Shown here piece after piece: positions 19,653 to 29,704 of a stretch of 64,000 nt of DNA (positions within the stretch are counted from its first letter, which is position 1; each line of letters starts with the position of its first letter). The position numbers and the translations under genes are program-made. The notes under the pieces were generated by a model. That model searched no databases and was not told where the DNA came from. It was given only the letters and a program-made list of their open reading frames with translations. This DNA comes from Bacilli bacterium. Its GTDB lineage: Bacteria; Bacillota_I; Bacilli_A; RF39; UBA660. The stretch covers positions 162,597 to 226,596 of the forward strand of contig JAFQSD010000002.1 in NCBI GenBank assembly GCA_017409785.1. Direction: 5' to 3'.

Positions 19653-20966
19653 TTATGGTGTCAATCTACTTGGTCCTCTAAATAAGAACATAGTTTCTTT
19701 TAATGATCCAGTTTCAAGTAATAACATAGTAATTCTATCTACTCCAAGACCAAACCCTCCATGAGGTGGGCACCCATACTTGAAAAATTCTAAATAAAAT
19801 TCTACGTCTTTTCCTAAACCTTTTTCTTTTGCTTGTTCAACTAATACTTCATAACGATGTTCTCTTTGAGCTCCTGTTGTAATTTCACAACCTTTCCAAA
19901 TAAGGTCGTATCCTTGTGGTATACCATTTTCTCTCATATGATAGAATGCTCTCTTTTTAGCACTAAAGTCAGTTATAAATACAAACTCATGTCCATATTT
20001 TTCCATAACATAACGACTAGCTAATTTCTCTGCTTCACTATTCATATCACCAACATCTTCAAAATTCATTTTGAATCCATAATTTGCCTCAAGTTCCTTA
20101 TATAAATCTTCTAATTTAATTCTAGGAAAAGGTCTAGTTGGTACAACAACTTCTATACCAAATAATTCTTTAATTATTTCTCCATACTTTTCCTTAACAG
20201 CACTTAATGCATAAACTAAGATTTCTTCCTCAAAGTCCATAACATCAACATATGACTTTATATAACTCATCTCAATATCGAATCCAGTAAATTCTGTCGC
20301 ATGTCTATAAGAGTTAGAATTTTCTGCTCTAAAAACTGGTCCTGTTTCAAATACTTTTTCCATTCCACTAGCTAAAGCCATTTGTTTATAAAATTGTGGA
20401 CTTTGTGCTAAATATGCTTTTTCTCCAAAATATCCAACTTCAAAAACATCAGAACCAGATTCACTCGCAGCCCCTATTAATTTAGGTGTATGAATCTCTA
20501 AAAAATTCTCTTTAATACAAAATTCTCTCATCGCATTAACTAAACAAGTTTGTACTTGAAAAAGTAATAAATTCTTTTCATTTCTTAAGTCTAAGAATCT
20601 ATAATTTAATCTAGTATCGATAGTTGCGGACTTACTATCTTTATAGTTCAAAGGTAATTCACCTAAACATTTACTAGTAACAATTATTTCTTTTGGAATA
20701 ATTTCCATACCATTAAGTTTAACTTTTTCATTTTCTAATAAAACACCATTAACTTTAACAGTACTTTCTACAGTTAAATTAGAAACAATATTATTAAGTT
20801 CAATATTATCTTCATTCTTCTCAATCGTAACTTGAACCTTTCCAGTTATATCTCTAATAACCATAAATTGTACATATTGTAGATCACGAATACTTTCAAC
20901 AAATCCCTCTATAGTTATTTCTTGATTAAAGTATTCTTTTAAATTTTTAAAATATATTTTTTTCAT
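19653..20966 (-). CDS. aspS: Aspartate--tRNA ligase, archaeal/type-2 form (probably non-discriminating Asp-tRNA(Asp/Asn) ligase).
   Basis: It has an N-terminal OB anticodon-binding domain. The class II motifs FRAENSNSYRHATEFTGFDIE and GGFGLGVDRITMLL are present. The …FRGPSRLTP C-terminus is characteristic of 437-aa archaeal-type AspRS. AsnRS ends differently. Confidence 0.8.
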   Translation of the reverse strand: MKKIYFKNLKEYFNQEITIEGFVESIRDLQYVQFMVIRDITGKVQVTIEKNEDNIELNNIVSNLTVESTVKVNGVLLENEKVKLNGMEIIPKEIIVTSKCLGELPLNYKDSKSATIDTRLNYRFLDLRNEKNLLLFQVQTCLVNAMREFCIKENFLEIHTPKLIGAASESGSDVFEVGYFGEKAYLAQSPQFYKQMALASGMEKVFETGPVFRAENSNSYRHATEFTGFDIEMSYIKSYVDVMDFEEEILVYALSAVKEKYGEIIKELFGIEVVVPTRPFPRIKLEDLYKELEANYGFKMNFEDVGDMNSEAEKLASRYVMEKYGHEFVFITDFSAKKRAFYHMRENGIPQGYDLIWKGCEITTGAQREHRYEVLVEQAKEKGLGKDVEFYLEFFKYGCPPHGGFGLGVDRITMLLLETGSLKETMFLFRGPSRLTP

Positions 20967-20984
20967 ATGATACCTCCTCTTAAA

Positions 20985-21245
20985 AATATAAAATAAAAAA
21001 ACAGTTTATTATCCACAAAGGGACGAATAACTGTTTAATATCCGCGGTACCACCCAATTTATTATAAAACATTTATAATCACTCGAAGAATAACGGTTCT
21101 TTTCCGACTTACTCTACTCTTAGTTCAAGTAAGTAGCTCGTAGGTGTCTTTCATTTAAATTTTATGTTATTTTTCACCAACCAATAACTCTCTAAAATAA
21201 AATCTTCAACTACTCTTCCTAGTCATCACTGATGCGCTAATTATA
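20985..21245 (-). promoter_or_regulatory. T-box riboswitch leader controlling aspS.
   Basis: On the minus strand, AATTGGGTGGTACCGCGG (reverse complement of 21042-21059) is the T-box consensus. It is followed by the terminator hairpin acagttattcgtccctttgtggataataaactgt and a T-run. Upstream stem-I elements are present: an AGAGAG bulge, a GGTGAAA distal loop, and a candidate specifier …aaaGACAcc (GAC for Asp plus a purine). Confidence 0.75.
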
Positions 21246-21250
21246 ACATA

Positions 21251-21868
21251 CTACTGAAAAAAATTCAAGTTTTCTACATTAACTAATGTTTTATCTTCAA
21301 ATTCTAATTTAAAACACTCTAAATAATTCCATCTACGATTAAAGAATACTTTATCATTAAACTTATACTCTCCACCATAGTTTATACTACACCAATTACT
21401 AAGTAAACTAGCAATAGCAGTTCCATGACTAACTACTAAAATATTATTAAAATCTTGTTCAAGTAATAAATCTAATCCCTTTAGCATTCTTTCCTTAACT
21501 TCATTTAAACTTTCTCCAGTTCCTACCTTAAAGTTAAAATCTTCGAATTGCTTTCTTTCAAAGTCTTCTGGTAATTCATCCCAAGAATTAATACCATGTT
21601 TTCTTTCTCCAAATAAATCACTAACTACAAAATTAATTTCATCTTTTACAAAATATTTCGCAGTAGCCATTGCTCTAACATAGTTACTAGAAACAACTAA
21701 ATCAAGATTACTAAATTCATCAAGTTTTGAAACCTGACTTGCCATATTTTCTCCATTAATAGATAAAATACTCTTCATATTATTCTCTAATAAACTATCA
21801 CTATTATAATTATGATTAATTCCTTTATATACTTCTGAATGTCTCATAAAATAAATAATCTTTTTCAT
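21251..21868 (-). CDS. Histidine phosphatase (phosphoglycerate-mutase-like) family protein.
   Basis: N-terminal RHS motif in IIYFMRHSEV. A downstream HG is present (VSHGTAIASL). Confidence 0.65.
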   Translation of the reverse strand: MKKIIYFMRHSEVYKGINHNYNSDSLLENNMKSILSINGENMASQVSKLDEFSNLDLVVSSNYVRAMATAKYFVKDEINFVVSDLFGERKHGINSWDELPEDFERKQFEDFNFKVGTGESLNEVKERMLKGLDLLLEQDFNNILVVSHGTAIASLLSNWCSINYGGEYKFNDKVFFNRRWNYLECFKLEFEDKTLVNVENLNFFQ

Positions 21869-22458
21869 AAATTCTCCTTATAATATTCTTCTATTTCTCT
21901 ACTAAGTTTTCCTTCTCTTAAAACAACTAATTTATTATCTTCTATCTTAATTATAGTTGAAGATTCACTATCCACTTCTCCACCATCTTCAATATAATCA
22001 ATATTATCTATTAAATCCTTTTCAAGTAACTGAGTATTAGTAATTACTTCAGTTCCAGTGATATTAGCACTTGTGCTAATAACTGGTCTATTTAATCGTC
22101 TAATAATTTCTAGTAAATCTTTATTATTAGGAATTCTTATTCCTACTGTATCATTACCAGAAGTAATTAATTCATTTACTTTATCATTCTTCTTCAAAAT
22201 AAATGTCACAAGTCCTGGCCAATATCTATCCATTAATAATCTTTCCTTTTCAGATATCTCTTCAGTATATTGTTCCACCATTTCAAAACTATCCATAAGT
22301 AGTAATAACGGTTTATTAAATGGTCTTTTCTTTATTTCAAACACTTTTCTAATTACATCTTCATTTAGACTATCACCCATAATACCATAGATTGTATCTG
22401 TAGGAGTAATAACAATTCCTCCATTATTTATAACTTCACATATTTTATCAATATTCAT
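21865..22458 (-). CDS. tsaC: L-threonylcarbamoyladenylate synthase (YrdC/TsaC/Sua5 family), a t6A biosynthesis enzyme.
   Basis: It has a YrdC domain (IVITPTDTIYGIMGD…VISTSANITG) and is 197 aa. Confidence 0.75.
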   Translation of the reverse strand: MNIDKICEVINNGGIVITPTDTIYGIMGDSLNEDVIRKVFEIKKRPFNKPLLLLMDSFEMVEQYTEEISEKERLLMDRYWPGLVTFILKKNDKVNELITSGNDTVGIRIPNNKDLLEIIRRLNRPVISTSANITGTEVITNTQLLEKDLIDNIDYIEDGGEVDSESSTIIKIEDNKLVVLREGKLSREIEEYYKENL

Positions 22459-22487
22459 GAATCTTCACCTATTTAAATTATAACATA

Positions 22488-22514
22488 CAAAAAAAGAACT
22501 TTCGTTCTTTCTTT
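22488..22514 (-). terminator. Rho-independent terminator.
   Basis: Hairpin agaactttcgttct flanked by A- and T-runs. Confidence 0.5.
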
Positions 22515-22515
22515 A

Positions 22516-24084
22516 TTATAGTTCTTCAACTTGTTCTTCTTTAACTTCAGAAATAATAACTGGTTCTTCAGTTTTTTCAACTACTGTAGTACTATCAAGT
22601 TTCTCTAATTTCTTTGTCTCCGCAATTACTTCTTCCTTCTTAGAAACATCGTCTTTAATAGTTTCTTCTTTTACTTTCTCAGTATTCTTAGTATCAGTTA
22701 TTTCTACTGTATCATTCTTTTTCTCTACTTGAACAGAATCTTTATTCGTAATATTTTCTTCTTTAGATTTTTTCAACTTAGTTCTTAATGAAATAAACAT
22801 AAAGAATAAACATGCTGAAACAACTGCTAAAATAATTGAAACAATAAACCATATATTTATATCATTTTTCTTAACTTCAGCATTTAAAACTTTAGCTTTA
22901 CTAATTAAATGTCTTACATTATCTTCAATACCAAATTCAATATAGCCATCTTTTACTTCTATATTTTCTTTTAATTGAATAACTTTACTACCATCATATG
23001 AATATAAGTTAACTTTATCATTATCCTTATATTTATCACCAACAAAGTATCTTAACACAATACCTTTTGGTATATCACCACATTTACTAAAATCTAAATA
23101 AATTCCATCAGCATAGTTAATTGCTTCTTCCATATCAGAATTATCTTCAACTACAAGAACAATATTTGGATTAAATTCATTACTACTTTTTATATTGTTT
23201 CCATCAAGAATTAAACTATATAAAGTTTTCTTAGTTTCAGGATCAACTTTAGTTAAAGTAACTTTCTTCTTGCTACTAATAATCTTATCGATTTGATCCT
23301 TTGTTAACTTATCATTTTCATTAATTTGAATAGATGCATCACCATTTTGTTTAAGTACTTCATCTAAATCACTTAAAACATTAGCATCTTTTCTAATAAC
23401 TTTTACTACATAAGTAGTAGTATTTCCTCTTTCAGCAGTAACAACAACATTAAAACTATTTTCTCCTACTTTTAAATCCATAGTACCTGTTCCGGTAACT
23501 TTAGATTTAGAATCTGCAACTACTGCCGCAATATTAGCTTTATCAACATAGTTTGAAACTTCTAATGTAAATACATTCCCTGAATTAGTAAGTTCCTTAC
23601 CATTAACTGTTAATTTACTTAATCCTGTATTTGTACTTCTTGTATCTGCAGGACCACTAGGTGCTGGTGTACTTGGAGTAGGATTTGATGGAGTTGGTGC
23701 TACTGGTCTAGCAATAACATTAACTGTTATGTTTCTTCTCATTCCTTCTAAAGAAACCATATCACTATAAGATGCATAATTATCACTTCCAACTACTGAT
23801 ATAGTAGCACTACCAACACTTCCACTAGTAATAGTAAATGATTTACTAGCACCAACTGTATCAATAAATACACTACCTGTACTAACAGCAGCAACACCAC
23901 CATTTGATGAAGAAATATTTAGTCTTCCAACTGAATCACTAGATGAAATTGTTATTGTTCTAGACTCTCCCGGATACATTGTAATACTAGATGTCGAAAG
24001 ACCAAAACTACCAGATGCATTAACCTTAAATGGTAATAGCATCAATGCAAATAATATAATTATTAAATTTTTCTTTTTCATCAA
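22516..24084 (-). CDS. Cell-surface protein with a cadherin-like beta-sandwich domain, a C-terminal TM anchor and a K/E-rich tail.
   Basis: It has a signal peptide, an S/T-rich Ig-like region, a P/T/S linker (PVAPTPSNPTPSTPAPSGP), an LSKLTVNGKEL cadherin-like motif, and a TM helix WFIVSIILAVVSACLFFMFI. Confidence 0.5.
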   Translation of the reverse strand: MMKKKNLIIILFALMLLPFKVNASGSFGLSTSSITMYPGESRTITISSSDSVGRLNISSSNGGVAAVSTGSVFIDTVGASKSFTITSGSVGSATISVVGSDNYASYSDMVSLEGMRRNITVNVIARPVAPTPSNPTPSTPAPSGPADTRSTNTGLSKLTVNGKELTNSGNVFTLEVSNYVDKANIAAVVADSKSKVTGTGTMDLKVGENSFNVVVTAERGNTTTYVVKVIRKDANVLSDLDEVLKQNGDASIQINENDKLTKDQIDKIISSKKKVTLTKVDPETKKTLYSLILDGNNIKSSNEFNPNIVLVVEDNSDMEEAINYADGIYLDFSKCGDIPKGIVLRYFVGDKYKDNDKVNLYSYDGSKVIQLKENIEVKDGYIEFGIEDNVRHLISKAKVLNAEVKKNDINIWFIVSIILAVVSACLFFMFISLRTKLKKSKEENITNKDSVQVEKKNDTVEITDTKNTEKVKEETIKDDVSKKEEVIAETKKLEKLDSTTVVEKTEEPVIISEVKEEQVEEL

Positions 24085-27000
24085 ATCACCTCCATTATTC
24101 TTTTCATAATCGTAATATAATCAAATATATTTACTTTATTATCCAAATTAATATCTGCTGCTTTAGTTAACAAATTATTTAAATCTATTTCTTCCATGAT
24201 ATATTTCATAATATAAATATAATCAAATATATCCACTTTAGCATTACCATTAACATCACCACGAACTATATTAGTAAATTCTACATATAATTCACCATTT
24301 TTATAAATCTTGGTTTTACCACCAGTATAAATTAATTGTTTACCATCTACAGTCTTAGAATCAACTTCTACTGAATAATTTGTACCAAGTTCAATATTCT
24401 TCTTAAAATCACTAACTGTAGTACTAATAGGAATCATATCAATTGTCTTATTATCTATATCAACTGTATATTCTTTTATTTCATACTCAATAGGTTCACC
24501 CCATTGTGCATATAAAGTAATACTTCCACTAGAAACTAAATTTTTAACATTTGCTTTATTATTATAACTAGTACCAGTACCATCTTTCTTAGTATTCCAT
24601 TTTTTAAATTCTAATCCAGAATATGTAAATTTATTCTCACTAAGAGTTTGTTCTTTATCATAAGTTAATGTTTGATTTGTCATAGTACCACTTCCACCAT
24701 TAGCATCAAACTTAACTGTATAATTATTTGGACTCCATTGTGCATATAATGTGATTGTTTCAACATTACTAGTTATATCAACAACACTTTGTTGATCAGT
24801 ATAACTTGTACCAGTACCATCTGCTTTAGTATTCCATCCACTAAATGTATAACCAACTCTAGTAAATGTATTTGCATTTATCTTATCACTAATAGTATGT
24901 TCAAATGTTTGTTGAGCCATTGAACCACTACCACCATTAGAGTTAAAACTAACTTTATATTCTGTATGTTTCCATTGTGCATATAAAGTTAAATTTTCAG
25001 TTGTCTTAATAAGACCATTATTATAATACTTCGTACCTGTTCCATCACTTTTTGTATTCCAACTATCAAAACTAGCTTTATCTTTTGTAAATAAATTTCT
25101 CTTTATACGAGCATATTTATCTGTTTCTACATTAATACTAGACATTGTACCAGTACCACCATTAGCATCAAAACTAATAGTTTTATAATCATCACTCCAC
25201 ACAGAATAAATATATTTATTTTCTGATTTATTATATGGTGTATCTTCATCACCAATATCAACAACTTCCTCTTCTGGATAATAAATAGTTCCATCTATTG
25301 TCCAATGTAAGAATGTCTTCCCATCATCTTCAACAAATGTATTTTCAGCTAGACTAAACTTTTCACCATATGATACAAGTTTTTTATTACTATAAACATC
25401 TGAACAATTACTACAATAATAATTAACATAGTATTGATGTCCATCAGCCCATTGAGCATATAAATGATTAGCCCCATGTACATATAATTCATTTGAAGTA
25501 TAAGTAGTACCAGTACCATCACTCTTTGTATTCCATCCGGTAATATGTTTATCAGCTTTAAATAAAGCCTTACCAGCAGTACTATCAATACTATATCCTG
25601 TACCATCAGTATTTAAGAATTTAACGTTACTTAAATCTCTTGCTGTAGTACTTGTCTTAATATTTCTTTCATCATTAGAATAAAGATAAAGATTTGAATA
25701 TGTCGTATTAGAACCATCACAATGTCTCTTTAATGGAAATTCATCTAAAACTTCACCATTATATAAAACTTGAACATTAAATGTAACACCACATATAACT
25801 TTATCAGACCAATACATAGTACCAGCTGTAAAGTTATTAGAAATAGTACCATCTAATGGTACACTTTCATAATCAACTGATGCAGTAGCACTAGTTCTAC
25901 CAAAGAAATATCCAGTATACTCTTCATCGCCTTTAAATAATTTATATTCTAATTCTGCACCTGCAGGTATATTTTTTGTAAAATGTGTTAATGTAACATA
26001 ATTACTCAAATCAACAACATATAATGGATTTTCTTCACTAACGACATCACTTACTTTTGTTTTATTTGATGCTACAGTTTCAATCATTGGTTTATCATCA
26101 ACATTTGATGTAAATAATGAAATCGTATCATAAATAATTTTTGCAGAATTTAATCCTGTAACAGTAACTGTTGCAGTTGAATCAGTAATCACTGCATTAA
26201 CATCACTAAAATCAACTGTATATATTCCCACTTCACTAGTTGTTATTGTTTTATTATATGATTTACCACCAACATTTACAGTAACCTTATAACTACCATC
26301 AACTGTAAATGAATGGAATTTAACTTGTTCTACTTTTTCTTCCATATCCATCTTTGTATCTAATGTTAAAGACTGAGTACCAATCGAATACATAGAACCA
26401 TCAGCTAAAGGATTTATATAATAATTATTATCCCATTTTCTTTCAGCTTTTGAAGCTACCTTCTTAGTAAATCCAATTGAAACTCTAGTAGAATCATATG
26501 TTAAATAAACATATTTGTATGCAGTGCCATCTCCCCAAGAATTTCTAAGTATCCATGCTCCTTTACCAGTGGTTTTAGTACCACTTGTACATGTACCATT
26601 ATAATTACTATGACTTGTACCATTATCACAATAAGTATATTCATAATTGTCATCCCAACCAATTAATTGCATAGCATGTCCCATAGTAGTATTAGCACTA
26701 TAACAATCATCCACTTTCAAACCATAAGTACCATCAGTATTTTTAAAACCACATGTTGATTGTGGAGAAAGCGTACCAGCAAATAACCCACCATACTCAT
26801 ATACATAATTTTTAACTAAATTAGTATAACTAGCAATTGTAGATGCATCGGCTGTATCCTCATTAATCATTGGTAATAAAGCTGTTTCTAAAGCCTCATA
26901 TTCACTATTAGCTAAATTTAAAACTTCTTCAGGCTTTTTTGAAGTTAAATATTCATTCCAAGGCATAACAGAAGAATCAGTTAAAACAACACCATTTCCC

Positions 27001-27686
27001 ATTGCAAATGCCGCTAAGTAGAAGTTTCCTCCTCCACCTAATTCTCTATATCCGTTTTTTGAATTATTCCAAACATAATTACTATTAGATGATGACGATG
27101 TATAATACATTCCATCAGTTGATGTAGCATAATCAAATTGTCTTGATGAAAAAACTGCTGATTCATTACTAAAAGGTTGTTTATTCTTCCACATTAATAA
27201 TGTTTCTACATTTTCTACTGCTGAAATAATCCAACAAACTCCAAGACTTCCTTGATCTGTTGTTCCAGAAACATAACTATTTCCATTATTGTTAGCTAAA
27301 TTAAAATAACTAGGTAATGCTGCTTCATAATTCTCTGTTTCTACATAATCAATAACATAAGCATCAGGTACATATCCAACATCTTTCTTTTCTTCAGCAG
27401 ATAATTCCAAATAATTGATATACTGACTATTTAAATAAGGCATATTTACTTGTTTATTCTTTTCAGTAAGAACAATATCCCCTGTTGTTTCATAAACTTC
27501 TTTAATATAATTCTTTGCTTCAACTGGTAAATATGAATAACTCTTACTAGCTAAAACTCTATCAATCTTAGTAGCATCTAACCATGTAATTCCACCAACT
27601 ACAAATAAAGAAACAAATAAAACTACTGCCATTACTAGCATTAGTTTTTTTACACGTTTATTAAGTTTTAGTCTCTTTACTTTCAT
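24081..27686 (-). CDS. Large cell-surface papain-like (C1) cysteine peptidase with Listeria-Bacteroides (Flg_new) repeats and a C-terminal dockerin.
   Basis: It has an N-terminal signal anchor. The C1 catalytic triad context is present (DQGSLGVCWIISAVEN for Q/C, GHAMQLIGWDDNY for H, LRNSWGDG for N). There are at least four repeats of …GWNTKxDGTGTxY…LYAQW, which is the Flg_new pattern. The C-terminus is a dockerin duplication (DVNGNAKVDIFDY… and DINLDNKVNIFDY…). Confidence 0.65.
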   Translation of the reverse strand: MKVKRLKLNKRVKKLMLVMAVVLFVSLFVVGGITWLDATKIDRVLASKSYSYLPVEAKNYIKEVYETTGDIVLTEKNKQVNMPYLNSQYINYLELSAEEKKDVGYVPDAYVIDYVETENYEAALPSYFNLANNNGNSYVSGTTDQGSLGVCWIISAVENVETLLMWKNKQPFSNESAVFSSRQFDYATSTDGMYYTSSSSNSNYVWNNSKNGYRELGGGGNFYLAAFAMGNGVVLTDSSVMPWNEYLTSKKPEEVLNLANSEYEALETALLPMINEDTADASTIASYTNLVKNYVYEYGGLFAGTLSPQSTCGFKNTDGTYGLKVDDCYSANTTMGHAMQLIGWDDNYEYTYCDNGTSHSNYNGTCTSGTKTTGKGAWILRNSWGDGTAYKYVYLTYDSTRVSIGFTKKVASKAERKWDNNYYINPLADGSMYSIGTQSLTLDTKMDMEEKVEQVKFHSFTVDGSYKVTVNVGGKSYNKTITTSEVGIYTVDFSDVNAVITDSTATVTVTGLNSAKIIYDTISLFTSNVDDKPMIETVASNKTKVSDVVSEENPLYVVDLSNYVTLTHFTKNIPAGAELEYKLFKGDEEYTGYFFGRTSATASVDYESVPLDGTISNNFTAGTMYWSDKVICGVTFNVQVLYNGEVLDEFPLKRHCDGSNTTYSNLYLYSNDERNIKTSTTARDLSNVKFLNTDGTGYSIDSTAGKALFKADKHITGWNTKSDGTGTTYTSNELYVHGANHLYAQWADGHQYYVNYYCSNCSDVYSNKKLVSYGEKFSLAENTFVEDDGKTFLHWTIDGTIYYPEEEVVDIGDEDTPYNKSENKYIYSVWSDDYKTISFDANGGTGTMSSINVETDKYARIKRNLFTKDKASFDSWNTKSDGTGTKYYNNGLIKTTENLTLYAQWKHTEYKVSFNSNGGSGSMAQQTFEHTISDKINANTFTRVGYTFSGWNTKADGTGTSYTDQQSVVDITSNVETITLYAQWSPNNYTVKFDANGGSGTMTNQTLTYDKEQTLSENKFTYSGLEFKKWNTKKDGTGTSYNNKANVKNLVSSGSITLYAQWGEPIEYEIKEYTVDIDNKTIDMIPISTTVSDFKKNIELGTNYSVEVDSKTVDGKQLIYTGGKTKIYKNGELYVEFTNIVRGDVNGNAKVDIFDYIYIMKYIMEEIDLNNLLTKAADINLDNKVNIFDYITIMKRIMEVI

Positions 27687-27747
27687 TGACTACACCACAC
27701 TACTCTATCATTATCTAAATTATATCATAAAGTAAATTATAAACAAA

Positions 27748-27778
27748 CAAAAAAAGAACTAATTTAAGTTCTTTTTTA
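27748..27778 (-). terminator. Rho-independent terminator ending the defence operon upstream.
   Basis: Hairpin aagaactaatttaagttctt flanked by A- and T-runs. Confidence 0.55.
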
Positions 27779-28759
27779 TAAATGTAATTTAGGTGGTTTT
27801 GTCATCTTTCTAAGTTGTTTAACACTCTTAACTTTATCAGTACATGCTTCATCTAAAATAGTAGAAACATCTTTTCTTTCATCCCATTTATGTAATGTTT
27901 CAGCATACATAAATGATTCTAATATAGTATCAAGATTTCCACCGCTTCGTTCAATTAGACTACTAAAATCTAGAGAAGTAACATCTTCAATTGGAAATCT
28001 TGGACGAGTTTCTTCATCAAGTTCAAATCTTCTATTAGCAATATCAGTAACTGTATCTAAATCACTAGAATATGTAGCAGTAACTATTTCATAACCTTTA
28101 CTATCTAAATCAGTTTTTCTCTTCTTATCTGTAATAGTAGGATCATCACTTGTAATAATTACTTTTTCAAACATACTAAAGTAATTCTTTAAAATTTCTT
28201 GTACTCTTGGATCACTATTATGAGTCCAATCAAATCTATCTATCATTAAAGTTAAAGACTTAGCTCCAGTACCACTTCTAAAAGTTGAAACTATTTCACT
28301 TAGTAATTCTCCACTAAATAACTTGTGGTTAATATCACCACCTGTATACATAGCAGTATTAATATATCTATCAATTTCAGCTACTCTATTATTTGTAACT
28401 TCTTCTAACCTACCAAATCTTCTTTGATATAACTCTGGATAATACTCTTTTATATAATCTAAAAACTTTCTACACATTACTACTTCATAATAATGTTGCA
28501 TAATTGCTTTATTAAAATATTTATTATCCTTTGTTCCAAATAAACCAGCACCTTCAAAACGTGTTAATATAGCTGGATGTTCTGTATTTAAACTATCTAT
28601 TTCTCTTTTTCCTAAGATAGTACTTTTTCCACATCCTCTACTACCTGTTAAAATAAATTTTCCACGTTTATCAGCTAATCTACCATTAACTTCATCAACT
28701 GGTTCCTTAACTAGTAAATCAGAAAATAATAACTGATTTACATTTACATTTTTAATCAT
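27776..28759 (-). CDS. P-loop NTPase of unknown family.
   Basis: Walker A motif LTGSRGCGKST. A Walker B-like LTLMIDRFD is present. It overlaps the upstream gene by 8 nt, which suggests translational coupling. Confidence 0.5.
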   Translation of the reverse strand: MIKNVNVNQLLFSDLLVKEPVDEVNGRLADKRGKFILTGSRGCGKSTILGKREIDSLNTEHPAILTRFEGAGLFGTKDNKYFNKAIMQHYYEVVMCRKFLDYIKEYYPELYQRRFGRLEEVTNNRVAEIDRYINTAMYTGGDINHKLFSGELLSEIVSTFRSGTGAKSLTLMIDRFDWTHNSDPRVQEILKNYFSMFEKVIITSDDPTITDKKRKTDLDSKGYEIVTATYSSDLDTVTDIANRRFELDEETRPRFPIEDVTSLDFSSLIERSGGNLDTILESFMYAETLHKWDERKDVSTILDEACTDKVKSVKQLRKMTKPPKLHL

Positions 28760-29429
28760 TTTGTTTTACACCTTTAGCTTTCTTAATCTTTTGTGCTGCT
28801 CTATATTCCGCTTCAGCTTCATTAGCATCACATCTTCTAAAACAAGCACTTTGTCTGTAACTATCAAAACATTGACCAGGATTTTCTGCCTCTTTTTGAT
28901 CAGCTAATGCTTCTAGTTGTTCACCTTGATCAAATAAATATCTTGCTCTTACAGAAGTAAATCCACACATTCTTTCATTTTTTCTAATAACGTCTTCTAA
29001 AATATCACTATATTTAGCAGCATAATCATCCATACGAGTAAGTTTACCATCTACCCATGCAATTTCGCATACTGGTGGAATAGTATTACCAAGTAATAAA
29101 TTAAACCATGCAGCAACAACATGTCTATGACAAAAATCTTCTGGATCTTCATAACATAATAATGTTGAATGTTCTAATTCTCTATATACTCTAGCTGGAT
29201 CTAATTTAGATAAAACTTGTTTGTAATATTCCTCTATATAATATCTAGTATTTTCCTCTTCTGAAATTTTTCCAATATTATCGTGCCATACTTGCCAAAA
29301 CTCACGTTTTGGAGCAAGTGCTGGATAGGAATCTCCTTCATATCCTACGCCTTTACCTCTATCTCCTGATATAGAACAACGTCTATACATTCCTGTTTCA
29401 AAATTTTTATAACTACTTGTACTAATCAT
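28752..29429 (-). CDS. Hypothetical protein (225 aa).
   Basis: No diagnostic motif. Its GC content is slightly higher than its neighbours. It is preceded by a hairpin terminator (29468-29494). Confidence 0.4.
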   Translation of the reverse strand: MISTSSYKNFETGMYRRCSISGDRGKGVGYEGDSYPALAPKREFWQVWHDNIGKISEEENTRYYIEEYYKQVLSKLDPARVYRELEHSTLLCYEDPEDFCHRHVVAAWFNLLLGNTIPPVCEIAWVDGKLTRMDDYAAKYSDILEDVIRKNERMCGFTSVRARYLFDQGEQLEALADQKEAENPGQCFDSYRQSACFRRCDANEAEAEYRAAQKIKKAKGVKQND

Positions 29430-29467
29430 ACTGAACCCTCCGTATAAGATATTATACTAAAACAAAA

Positions 29468-29494
29468 ATAATCTAGCAATACTAGATTATTTTT
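29468..29494 (-). terminator. Intrinsic terminator-like hairpin between the small ORF and the 225-aa gene.
   Basis: On the minus strand, aataatctagTATTGctagattatt forms a 10-bp perfect stem and is followed by tttgtttt. Confidence 0.5.
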
Positions 29495-29495
29495 T

Positions 29496-29696
29496 CTAAC
29501 TTAAAGAAGTTTCTTCTTCTTTTTCTTTTTTCATTTGTTTTTCCATTTCATATAAATCATTAATAATTTCATCAAAGTAAGCTTTTACTTGTGGAATAGT
29601 CAAATCTTGCATAATAGATATTTGTGTTAATTTTAATAAAGATATTTGTAAACACTCATCAAACCAACTTACTTTAGGCTTTCTTTTTTCTTCCAT
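29496..29696 (-). CDS. Small (66 aa) acidic helical protein, translationally coupled to the radical SAM/SPASM gene.
   Basis: Its AGGAGGA RBS overlaps the TAG stop of the rSAM gene (tAGGAGGAtttATG). It has a single Cys and an E/K-rich C-terminus. Confidence 0.45.
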   Translation of the reverse strand: MEEKRKPKVSWFDECLQISLLKLTQISIMQDLTIPQVKAYFDEIINDLYEMEKQMKKEKEEETSLS

Positions 29697-29704
29697 AAAT
29701 CCTC

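Noticed and set aside
22058-22390. 110-aa plus-strand ORF inside tsaC.
   Set aside because: It is entirely antisense within a conserved YrdC-family gene and has no RBS.
25349-25606. 85-aa minus-strand ORF inside the C1 protease gene (different frame).
   Set aside because: It is nested out of frame in a 1201-aa gene that has clear domain structure. It is an I/L/V-rich artefact.
28752-29429. Slightly elevated GC in the 225-aa gene as evidence of a separate horizontal acquisition.
   Set aside because: The difference is modest, at roughly 33% versus 25-28% for neighbours. That is within what amino-acid composition can cause. I noted it but do not make it a finding.
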